64,000 nucleotides of DNA from Sminthopsis crassicaudata (lineage: Eukaryota), in contig NC_133618.1 in the NCBI RefSeq assembly GCF_048593235.1, positions 178,029,162-178,093,161 of the forward strand. The letters are read 5' to 3'. A program made the translations under genes and the position numbers. This document shows, in pieces, positions 49,863-61,004 of this stretch. The first letter of the stretch is position 1, and the number at the start of each line of letters is the position of its first letter. A model generated the notes under the pieces. That model did not search any database. It saw nothing but the letters and a program-made list of their open reading frames with translations, and was not told the origin of the DNA.

Positions 49863-51422
49863 GACATCCATTTTGTTTATAACAAAATGTATACTGCTGC
49901 TAATAATGATGATGATGATAAGAATAGTAGACAATATTTATACAATGTACATTATGTACCAGGCACTGTGCTAAGTGCTTTATAATGTTTATCTCATTTT
50001 ATACTCACAAATATCCATGGCAGATGGGTGTTATTATCCTCATTTTATACAGGAGGAGGCATACAGAAATTAAGTGACTTTCCCAAAGTCACATAACTAT
50101 CAAGTATCTGAGGCTGGATTTTGAGACTGCAGGTCTGGTGCCATATCTGCCTACTCACTTATTGCTATTAATATTTTTATAATGTGTTTTTTCCATCTGC
50201 CTTTGACTTCTTTGGGATATAGGATTACATCTGGTCAAAAGCTATGCATGATTTAGTGACTTTGGATGTATAATTCTAAATTACTTTGCAGAATGGTTGG
50301 ATCAATACAGAGCTACAATAACAGTGCTTTAGCATGCCTATCTATTCACCACTTTTTCTAGCACTTATAATTTTTATTTTCTGTCATATTTGACAATCTG
50401 ATGAGTGTGAGATGCAACATTAGTGTTGTGCCAACTTGCTTTATACTAATTAGGAATTTGGAACATTAAAAAAAAATCTGATTGTGATAGCTCACATTCT
50501 TCCCTTGATCTTTTCATATTTGTTGATCACTTATCTATTGGGGGAATTACTTTCTAGTCTACCTTTTCAGCACTAGTTCCTTTTGCTAAAGATCAAGTAG
50601 ACATTAATTTTTCTAACATACTCTCTGTTATAGCAAGACTCTATCCTCCTTTCGGGTCCCCAAACGTGGCACTGCATCTTCTGTTCCTATGATTTTTCAT
50701 AGGATATCTCCATTTCTGGAATTCTCTTCTTCCTCATCTCTGCTTCTTAGAATCTCTAGCTCCTTTCTAGGGATCCTAGCTTCTTGAATTGATAGTGCAT
50801 CAGCTAGGAGGGAATCAAAGGAATAAATCAATCTGTGAAAAGATTAGTTTCTTAAAGGGACCACAACCAGCTTCATTCCCCCCTCAAGCAGTTAAAACTT
50901 AAATTCATTTAAGAGAACAAAATGACTTGGAGCAGAGACTCTTATTGAGGCAGAATTGAAGATTTTCTCCTTCAAGGATTTTCCAAGTTCCAGGGTCCCC
51001 TCTTCATTCCCCCCCTCAATGCATGTTGGATAAAAGGGGCAATGATCTCCTCTTAACTGCTTTGAGCTGGCAAGGGTCATAGAGATTTGGGCGTTCATGC
51101 CAGGAGATGAGGCATGAGGTGTGGGGTTTGGGGGATGGCAGCAGGGCATCTAAGGGGTGTTTGTCCCAGTCAGTTGTCTCCAGTCAGTCATCCCATGTTC
51201 TCCAGGCTGAAAGGCAGTTGAGAATCCAAAGTTTAAAGCCTAGAGAAAACAGATCTAAGGAGCAGATTAAAAGTGGGGTGTCATCCAGGTGGAGATGGCG
51301 ACATTCAGGAACGGGAAATGCATCAGGTCCCTTCTGTAGGCTGCCTGTAAGAATGTTGATGTCCTATCTAACTATCAAAGAGAAATAGGAGAAAATGCTG
51401 GGAGCAAAAGATTAGTAAAAGG

Positions 51423-51987
51423 TGTTAAGTACACTAGAGTTTAGCCCTTTCACTCTTAATTTCTAGGAAAGTTAATTTCTCTTTGGGTTGGGATTAAGGG
51501 TGTGGACTAAGAAGTCTGGGTAGACCCCAGACCTTGATATCTAGCAAGATAAGAATGCAGTTTAAGCTCTTAGAAATCTTTTAACTGTGCTGCTTTTCTT
51601 TAAAAATAATAGAGTTGGTTCCTCAATAAGCAAAGATTTTAAGCCTTCCCTCCTACTATCCCCACTCTTATGGGGGAGGGGTGAAAGAGGTCAGAGGGAG
51701 TACAAAGTACCAGCATTAACTACCCAGCTTACCGGCCCCTGAGGTGTTCAGAATGTCCTGGGATAAAAGGGGAAACAGGGCCAGACCCCAAATTCCTATC
51801 AGGGAGCAGGATGCTGGGGGGCCAGTTGGACCCCTGCTGTGCATTGCTAAGGAGAGGTGTAGTAGGAATGGGTATGGCATTTCTTTGTTCTCCATTCAAT
51901 AGCTCTTCACCTAACTCTAGACAGTATTCATATTCATATTCTATAGTCTCTGGGTTCCTTGAGAAACTGAGGTAAAATTGTGACACA
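51423..51987. mobile_element. LTR inserted within the provirus internal region
   Basis: TGttaagtac...tgtgacaCA, a GC-richer LTR-like block. TSD not found; ends approximate. Confidence 0.5.
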
Positions 51988-52650
51988 ACAGAGCAAGGGA
52001 GAATTTGTCAGGGATCAAGTATAGAACAGAGAATAAGTCTAGAGAGAACTTGAGAAAAAGACAACAGGAAAGACAGATCTCTTTCCTTAAAGGTGTTCAC
52101 CGAATTGAAGTTGAGTTTTGAAAATAGCTTCAGTTTCTACCATTAACTCATTTCCTGCTGCAATCAGGGGAATGAGAGGAGAAAAGAAAGAAAGAAGCTA
52201 TCTTCACTCTCTTAACAATTTAATTTGCCTTGATTTTGAATTTTATTCCCCAGCCATCATTCCAAAGGTTTTTCTTGAAGCTGCAACCTGGCCAAGGTTG
52301 GAGCATAGAAAAGAAACCTTTAATTGTTGGTAGGGGCATAGAATGCAAATCCAGAAAAAAAAAATAGGAGAGAATGTGTTAAGAGCAAAATGTTTTGGGT
52401 CTGAGAAAATTAGGAGTTAGGAGCGAAAAGTTCCCACCTGTAATGTTAGGTAGGAAAATGAGAGAGAGATAGAGAGCAAGTGAGTGAGCCTGGTTTAGCT
52501 ACGCTATTCATCTCTCCAAGAGCAGCTGAGAAAAGTTTAAGTGCCCTGAGGCCAGGAAAAAAAATGAGAGCAGTTTGAAAATCCCAGTCTTTGTAGACAG
52601 CCTCATGAGTGTGCAAAAACATAATTTTGAGGCTCCTACAGTTAAAAGAC

Positions 52651-55449
52651 TGTGACAGGAGGCATTGCTCTAATGCAGGATGATCAAATCAGGGAAACCG
52701 AGTCCTGTTTTAAAATGTATGGGACATTAGAAATAATTCAGAATTTTAGCAAAGTTGCAGGATACAAAATAAATCCACATAAATCCTCAGCATTTTTATA
52801 CATTACCAACACAATCCAACAGCAAGAGATACAAAGAGAAATTCCATTCAAAATAATGGTCGATAGTATAAAATATTTGGGAATATATCTACCAAAGGAG
52901 AGTCAGGAATTATATGAGCAAAATTACAAAACACTTGCCACAAAAATAAAGTCAGATTTAAATAATTGGAAAGACATTCAGTGCTCTTGGATAGGCCGAG
53001 CGAATATAATTAAGATGACAATACCCTCTAAACTAATCTGTTTATTTAGTGCTATACCAATCAGACTTCCAAGAAACTATTTTAATAACCTAGAAAAAAT
53101 AACAACAGAATTCATATGGAACAACAAAAGGTCGAGAATTTCAAGGGAAGTAATGAAAAAAAAATTAAGTGAAGGTGGTCTAGCTGTACCTGATCTAGAA
53201 CTGTATTATAAAGCAACAGTCACCAAAACCATTTGGTATTGGCTAAGAAATAGACTAGTTGATCAGTGGCATAGGTTAGGTTCACAGGGCAAGATAGTGA
53301 ATAAAAATAGCAATCTAGTGTTTGACAAACCCAAAGATCCCAAATTTTGGGATAAGAATTCATTATTTGACAAAAACTGCTGGGAAAACTGGAAATTAGT
53401 ATGGCAGAAACTAGGCATGGACCCACATTTAACACCACATACTAAGATAAGATCAAGATGGGTCCAAGATTTAGGCATAAAGAACGAAATCATAAATAAA
53501 TTGGAGGAACATGGGATGGTTTACTTCTCAGACTTGTGGAGGAGGAAGGAGTCTGTGTCCAAGGGAGAACTAGAGACCATTATTGATCACAAAATAGAAC
53601 ATTTTGATTACACCAAATTAAAAAGTTTCTGCACAAACAAAACTAATGCAAACAAGATTAGAAGGGAAGTAACAAATTGGGAAAACATTTTTACAGTTAA
53701 AGGTTCTGATAAAGGCCTCATCTCCAAAATATACAGAGAATTGACTTTAATTTATAAGAAATCAAGCCATTCTCCAATTGATAAATGGTCAAAGGATATG
53801 AATAGACAATTTTCAGATGATGAAATTAAAACTATTTCTGCTCATATGAAAGAGTGTTCCAAATCACTATTGATCAGAGAAATGCAAATTAAGACAACTC
53901 TGAGATATCATTACACACCTGTCAGATTGGCTAAAATGACAGGAACAAATAACGATAAATGTTGGAGGGACTGTGGGAAAACTGGGACACTGATGCATTG
54001 TTGGTGGAGTTGTGAAAGAATCCAACCACTCTGGAGAGAAATCTGGAATTATGCACAAAAAGTTATCCAACTGTGCATACCCTTTGATCCAGCAGTGCTA
54101 CTACTGGGCTTATATCCCAAGGAAATACTAAAGAAGGGAAAGGGACCTGTATGTGCCAAAATGTTTGTGCTGCCCTTTTCATAGTGGCTAGAAGCTGGAA
54201 GATGAATGGATGTCCATCAATTGGAGAATGGTTGGGTAAATTATGGTATATGAATGTTATGGAATATTATTGTTCTGTAAGAAATGACCAATAGGAGAAA
54301 TACAGAGAGGCTTGGAGACACTTACATCAACTGATGCTAAGTGAAACGAGCAGAACCAGAAGATCATTATACACTTCAACAATGATACTGTACGAGGATG
54401 TATTCTGATGGAAGTGGATATCTTCAACATAGAGAAGAGCTAATCCAATTCCAATTGATCAATGATGGACAGAATCAGCTACATCCAGAAAAGGAACACT
54501 GGGAAATGAGTGTAAACTGTTATTTTTACCTTCTGAATCCAATTCTTCCTGTGCAACAAGAAATTCGGTTCTACACACATATATTGTATCTAGAATATAT
54601 TGTAATATATTTAACATGTATAAGACTGCCTGCCATCTGGGGGAGGGGGTTGGGGGAGGAAGGGAAAAAATCTGAACAGAAGTAAGTGCAAAGGATAATG
54701 TTGCAAAAAATTACCCATGCATATGAACTGTCAAAAAAAGTTATAATTATAAAATAAAATAAAAATTAAATTAAAAAAAAAACTCCAAAAAAAATGTATG
54801 GGACAAGATTTATAATGTATGGGACAAGCATGCTTTCTGAGGGCTGGAAGCTGTGGCTTAAGAGCCAGGTAAAAGGTCTGGGAGGGGCATGGCCTGGTTG
54901 TCCAGAATGCCAACAAAGTTCCCTTTTAAAAGTTGATGGGAAACTTTTCCAGAGATTTGAGAAGATTTAGATTGAGTCCTCAAACTCCCCACTGTATAGA
55001 ACCTCAAGAAGGGGACAGGATAGGAGCATTTAAATGTCATGTTGCCAAGCCATATGGGAGAGGTCTGAAAAAGGCCTTGAATTCTGTGATATCCTCACTC
55101 CATGGGGGAGGGGGAGGAAAGATCAGAGTGAGGGTGGGAGAGAAAGAGATCCCATCATATCTGGTGTATCCTGAATGGCAAGGGCTGATCTGGCAATTCC
55201 ACACTGGAACTTGAGGGTGGGGTAGCTCATCTAAGACCCCAAATCTTGCTGGGAGAGCAAGACAAGGAGAGACCACTTACCACTATTCAGGGAGTAGCAG
55301 CCATAGGTAGAGATGTATCTCTAAGCTCACCCCAGTTCAGTGATCTTTCTCCTCGCATCTACAGCCTGACCATTAAAGACTCCATTGTATTTAACAGTAG
55401 AGTGGGAGAGGGGCCCAACCACGGCTCCTCTTAAATTTTTGCAGTTACA
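52651..55449 (+). mobile_element. About 720-bp LTR split by an L1 insertion
   Basis: TGtgacagg (52651) to tgcagttaCA (55449), with ATTAAA near 55373. The two halves rejoin across the L1 TSD. Confidence 0.6.
52727..54790 (+). mobile_element. Young 5'-truncated LINE-1 (ORF2 RT C-terminus, Cys-rich domain, 3' UTR, poly-A)
   Basis: The 510-aa ORF track entry is L1 ORF2 from LEIIQNFSKVAGYKIN onward, open for about 1.45 kb until a frameshift near 54170. 15-bp TSD AAAATGTATGGGACA at 52712-52726 and 54791-54805, at a TTTT/AAAA endonuclease site. Confidence 0.97.
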
Positions 55450-57239
55450 GATCAAAAAAAATGCTGGTTTGGGACTCCCAAGAGGGATGGGTTCCCTAGA
55501 ACAGCCATGTGTCTCCTTGGTCTTGGGAGGTATTAAAGAGACACTTCCTCTTGTGTCTTGAAGTGCCTGAGTGCAGGGCTTTTTGGTGAGAGATTAAAAA
55601 AAAAAAAAAAAAAAAAAAAAGATTAGAAATGCCTTGAGATGTAAAGGAAGGTCCTGCTATCTCTAAAAATAGAGTGTGACAAAAAGAGGCCTTTTTGCCT
55701 GAAATGCAAATACTTTTCAAGGGAGAAAACTGCCCAAAGCCCAGACCTGGTATGGGTGCTCACTACCTTTAGAGATAGGGTGAGACGAAAGAAGGAATGC
55801 AGATATTCTTCCTGAAAGAATACTGCACAAACAGCTCAAAACCTAGATTGGTTCTGAGTGCACTGAAAAGGTTGAGGTTCTGTTTGGTCACCAAATTATG
55901 TCTAGGTTTTGGGGATTTGGTCAGGGAACCAAATGATGGGATAAGATTTGGGGTACCCAAATAAACTTGAGGTTTAGTGGCAGGTTTGGGGTTCAGGGAC
56001 TCAAATGGAGCTCCCCTGCAATCCCTCAGGATTCAGTGCAAGGATAAAGAATTAAATGAGGTCTAGTGGTGACACAAGAGTCCCCTGTAAAGGAATTTAC
56101 AGACCAGAAAACCTAGATCGATAAAAGAGGTTTATTATGGGGATTGGAAGTAAGGTTCAAATCTAGTTAGTAAAAGATGTTAGGTAAAGAGAGGTTGGCA
56201 CTAGAAAACAGTATTCCAGTGGGCAGAGACTCTTGATATGCCAGGTGTAAGGCTGGCATGTTTGGAACCTCTGCAAAGAGAGGATTCCAGCTTGACTCTT
56301 TTATAATGAGGGATTTAACTAAAGGGGTCTGTGGGTGGAGTCCCAAGTTGGCTCAGAGCCAATGGGAGCTGGGAGAGCCTGGATCTCCTGTTGAAATTTA
56401 AAGGAGTGCTTTTGACCAGGATTTGTGAATCAAAGGCCCTAGCTCCTTAAATTGATACTGCATCAGCTAGGAGGGGTTGGGAATCAGAAAGGAATAAATC
56501 AATCTGAAAGGACTTGTTTCTTAAAGGGATCACAACCCACTTCATGGGAACTTAAAAGAAATGTGAGAGCAACATTGATGGACTGGTAAATCAGAAAGGG
56601 AAAATTGACTGGAGATTGGGATTGAGGATGATGAATAGGTTTATGAGAGGGTGAAACAAAGGAAAAGATGGAGAGACTAGAGATTTTACCCAGAGTTGTT
56701 TGAATTTTGTATTGTAGGGATGTAATTATGCATATTATAGATAATGATATCAGGAGCATGACATCTTGTGTGCAAACAAACTAGAAGGATGATGCAGTTT
56801 GTAGAAGTTGGGGAAGATGATGACCTGGGAAGTCAGCATGTTTGAAGAGACATTAATGTGCATAATTATGTATTTATATATGTACTTATATATACTTATA
56901 TATAATACATGTATATGTATACACAAAGATACATACATATATAGACACCCACATATATGAGTGTGTATATGTATATGCAGGAGTTACTTTAGAGAAGAGA
57001 TAAAGAACTTTTTGAGGAAAGAGAATAACTTGGGGGCATGCTAAGTGGTTAATAATTGACCCTAGCATCAAGATGGGGTGATAAATCTAAATAGAGTGGA
57101 TCTCCAGGAAGGCTGCTGAGCTATGGTGAAAGGGGGAATATCTGGAAATGGCCAAAAGGAACAATGAGAATGAATCCTTTTACTACATCAGTATATTTTT
57201 GTTTGTTTATAATGAGTGTAGTATGAGAGAAGGAAATAC

Positions 57240-58210
57240 TCATTCTAGACCCTACTCTCTGTTGTCACTTTCAAGCAGTTCCTGTACCATCATCACTCAG
57301 CAATCTTTCCTCTTTTGAGATTCACTCAAGTCATATATACAATTCAATTAAAATTCTGGCGGCTGTTGTTTATCAGCTTTCCACATTATTCACCTTTCCT
57401 TAAAGTTCAGTGCCTAGCTGACATACTTTTTCTTCTCCCCTAATTCTTCTTTGATACTAGAGGACTGCAATATTCTCTGCTTTCTTATTCACTCACCTTT
57501 TGTTAAACAAAGTTGGAGAAAATAAAAATGTGTTGACTGGATCCCTTAGAAATTTCTGTGGGCCCCTACTGAAGTAATGAAATCTATTTACACATCCCTA
57601 ATTGAATCACCATAGCTGCATTTTCAAACTTTTTCATCTCTCCTCAAATCCTCACATAGTTCTCTCTCTTCCCATCCTCTCAGCTGAGAGTTTTGCCTCA
57701 TTAAAGAAAATTAAGCTGTTTTCTGAGAACTCCCATTTTCTCTCTTTCTCCTCAATTTATATAAGCCAGACATCTTTTGCACTATTTCCTGCTTTGCCCC
57801 TACTCAAATGCAATGACAATACTTTTCCTCATCAAAGCAAATCCCTCTATAGGCACAAGTGGTGAAATTCTACCCTTGGATCAGTCTTCTCCAAAAAAAC
57901 TGATACACTATCATCCCCACTCCTTTATTTTTCTTCCATCTCACCCCATATAAGATCTGATTCTCTACTGTCTACAAATATGCCTCTGTCTCCCAAATTC
58001 TCAAAAAACCCTCTCAATCTGTCCATTCTCATTAGTTGTTTTCTCATATGTTCTCTCTTTTGTATATACACTTTTAGAGAAAGCCTTCTTATAATCAGTA
58101 CCTTCATTCCTTTCATATTATTCTCTTTTTTACTCTCTAAAGTCTGGCTTCTGCTCTCCTTTTTCAACTAAAACCTCTCTCATCAAATTGCCAAATCTGA
58201 TTACAAATCT
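57240..58210. mobile_element. L2 LINE fragments
   Basis: Pyrimidine-rich degenerate L2-type sequence (cttcccatcctctcagctgagagttttgcctc..., caaatccctcta). Approximate. Confidence 0.5.
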
Positions 58211-58282
58211 AATGGCACTTTTAAGAATTGTTATCTCTGGCAACAGAAGTGAAGGACAACTGTTCATTCAAAATAAATAATT

Positions 58283-58428
58283 GGGGGCAGCTAGGTGGTG
58301 CAATGAATAGAGCACCAGCTCCTGAAGTCAGGAGAACCTGAGTTCAAATCTGCCCTCAACACTTCCTAGTTGCGTGACCCTGGCCAAGTCATTTAACCCC
58401 AATTGCCTCAGCAAGAAAAAAAAAAAGT
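58283..58428 (+). mobile_element. WSINE1-type SINE
   Basis: ggggcagctaggtggtgcaatgaatagagcaccag...aaccccaattgcctcagc followed by an A tail. Confidence 0.9.
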
Positions 58429-59463
58429 AAATAAGTAAACAAATAAGCAAATATTCAACTGACTGGCATTTAAAAATTGAATTTTGGAGAGGAAAATAAT
58501 CTGGGACCTCAGAAATGTGATAATTCTTTCAGGAGAGAAAAGAAAACAGGTCTTTTAGTACCAGAGGTATGAATTGCCTTACCCACATATGTTCACCTTT
58601 CTCATGAATTCTGTATATATTTGTTGAAAGTGTTTCAAGGTTTAAGTGTTTAGAGGAATTGTGGAGAAATTGCTTTTATTATGCCCTTTTAGTAAATGCA
58701 TTTGCTTTGAAGTAATTTTTTTCCCCTACTGGCTGACTGTTAAGAGGAAACTCACTAATGGAGTTTGTTCATTGTTTAAGAGTATGTATCTGTAGAAATA
58801 TTTTTTAAGACCTTGAAAGTAAGTAGCAGACATTCCCAACCTGTGAACGTAAATGCAACTTAGGGGAAACATTACAGAGAATCCCTTCCAATTCAATAAA
58901 GACAAAAGCTTGTTCACAATCTAAAAAGGGCTTATGAGCATGACTTTAATTTTTGCAATTGGTTCAACAGCTTGTAATCTTTCCTTTGCTCTGTGATTAC
59001 ATTTTGTGTTTTCTAGATTCAGAAGCTTGTGGAAGACATAAAATATAAAATGAAGAGAAAAGAGGAGAAAAAAGGAGTTTAGTAAAAAAAAGAAAAAACA
59101 CATCATTTGAGAGATAAGATGTTTAATATCATGTACTCATAGTTCCTCACTTTGGAATCTAAAGGAGCTGCATTTTATCTTATCATCTTAAGCTGTTTTA
59201 TTTTCACAGTTTGTTAGACTTTTTTTTTTTTTTTTTTTTTTTTACTTCTAGGGAGATCTACTCTTGGTATCCAATTAAAGGAACAAAGCCACTTCTCCTG
59301 TGCCCTGCATCAGAATTAGAGAAAAGGAAGGTCTCCAGAGCAGTGTTCTGAATGACACCCACAGAGAGCAGTAGTGAAAGATGATGACTCACCTTCTACC
59401 GTTGACACAATTCATTAGACCATGGAAGGGCTTTTATCCCTGCAAGCTTCATTGATCAAAAAG

Positions 59464-59493
59464 ACTTCCTGGCCCAGAAAGAAGTATATATAA
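59464..59493 (+). promoter_or_regulatory. DEFB106 core promoter: ETS-like ACTTCCTGGCCC and TATA (TATATATAA)
   Basis: ETS-like motif at 59464-59475 and TATA at 59485-59493, about 60 nt upstream of the ATG. Confidence 0.7.
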
Positions 59494-59553
59494 GGGTGCT
59501 TGGTTTCATGGAGTACTCTGATATCTGTTGATCTTCTTCTGGAGATTTCTGCC

Positions 59554-59611
59554 ATGAGGACCCTTCCTTTTCTCTTTGCTGTTTTCTTCTTTTTGACTCA
59601 AGCTAACTCAG
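59554..59611 (+). CDS. DEFB106: Beta-defensin 106 orthologue, exon 1
   Basis: gccATG; 58 nt encoding MRTLPFLFAVFFFLTQANS+G, donor GTAAAA. Human DEFB106 begins MRTFLFLFAVLFFLTP as I recall it. Confidence 0.93.
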
Positions 59612-60312
59612 GTAAAATGTATCTTTCTGTAGGAATAGGTCAGATATAGACTGGAGAAATTTGGGTTATTCTCTTGTGAGAGAAAGCACTTCCATCAGTG
59701 TAAAATCATAAATGACTAGACAGGTCCTTGGAACCACAGGGACAGCTATTAACAGAAATAATGTCATATATTTCTTGGAGATTTATACTTTGAAATACAT
59801 TATGTTAAATAATGGTAGTTTTTGTGACTCAGATTGTCACATACATAGGGTATTGGGAAAGTTATATCTGCTCCCCAAACTTCAGTTTTCACACCTCTTG
59901 ATGTGGGAAAAGGGAAGTGACCTAAAAACATATTAAAGGTTCAGTAATTAATAGGCAGTAAGAAAGATGACCTAGAAGAGAGAGATGAGATAAAGGGAAG
60001 GAAAAATAAGAAAGGAATAAAATATATCAAAGAGAATATTCTGTGAATTTCATCCCTCTCCCCTCTGCAACTTCCTCCCTCCTCCCATTGAATTTCTGAA
60101 GCCAATCTCAGCCCTGGTGATATAGTCTGGGAGCAGTTTGAAAGCCTGAAACTTATATATTTACAGAATATCCTTTCTCATATCCTCAGTAGCTATAATT
60201 TAGCAATTATAAATAAACATTATGTACCAGGCACTATGCTAACTGCAACAATCTGGTCAAAAGCAAAACAGTTCTGTCCTCAAAAAGGGGAGATAATAGG
60301 AGTATATATATG

Positions 60313-60316
<4 letters not shown>

Positions 60317-60380
<64 letters not shown>
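60317..60380. repeat. (TA)32 microsatellite in the DEFB106 intron
   Basis: 64 nt of perfect TA repeat. Confidence 0.98.
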
Positions 60381-60381
<1 letters not shown>

Positions 60382-60840
60382 TCCTACATATATAAAATGA
60401 ATACAAGATAATGTTAGGAGAGAATACTAACAATTAGGAGAGAGGGTGCAGATCAGGAAAAGATCCTTATGGAAAGTGGTACTTGAACTTTGAAAGAAAG
60501 CAGGTATTCTTTGAGGCAGACAATCCATGTCTATGCACTCTAGACATAGGGAAACCAGATAAATCTGTAGATGAATATTTAGAAAAAGCTGTTTGCTTTG
60601 ATGATGCCCTATATGGTATTCCTATTTGTTAGAATTCAAGCCTAAGCTGATTGTCTGAATACCTCTTGATGTGGAAGGAATGACATTAGGGAAACAGTAT
60701 TGTCTTGTTCTCTTCTCATGAAGGTCAGGGCTGGGCTGAGCAGCCAGCAATTATTCAGGAACCGGGTCCAGGAATTATATAAGAAAATCAGCAATGTTTT
60801 ACTAGGGAAATAATTTTTGTGACTCCTTCCACTTATATAG

Positions 60841-60977
60841 TTGGAGCTGGATTGCTTGATGAGAAATGTCACCATTACCAGGGGAGATGTACGAATATGT
60901 GTCAGATAAATGAAGATATTGTCGCTCTCTGCAGCAAATTTCAACAATGCTGCAAACTGATAGAGCCATGCCACTGA
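60841..60977 (+). CDS. DEFB106: Beta-defensin 106 orthologue, exon 2
   Basis: Acceptor ccttccacttatatag|TT. Translates (V)GAGLLDEKCHHYQGRCTNMCQINEDIVALCSKFQQCCKLIEPCH*. DEKC, NE.I.ALC and the C-terminal I.PC seventh Cys match human DEFB106 as I recall it (FFDEKCNKLKGTCKNNCGKNEELIALCQKSLKCCRTIQPC). 64-aa precursor, intron 1229 nt. Confidence 0.95.
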
Positions 60978-61004
60978 CTTCGCAGGATCTGCTGTGCTCC
61001 TGAC

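Larger units (their letters stand above)
50626..56544 (-). mobile_element. Non-coding (non-autonomous) class I ERV provirus, interrupted by nested insertions
   Basis: 5' LTR 55934-56544, followed on the minus strand by PBS TGGTTCCCTGACC (55919-55931, complementary to the tRNA-Glu 3' end). PPT (plus ttcccccct, 50876-50884) abuts a related LTR at about 50626-50875 whose U3 end matches 56432-56544 at roughly 85% by eye. No gag/pol ORF. Confidence 0.7.

Noticed and set aside
52652-54184. Longest ORF (510 aa) as a host gene or an LTR-L1 fusion protein
   Set aside because: It is truncated L1 ORF2. The first ~25 codons are chance read-in from the flanking LTR starting at a GTG, and the EN and most RT domains are absent.
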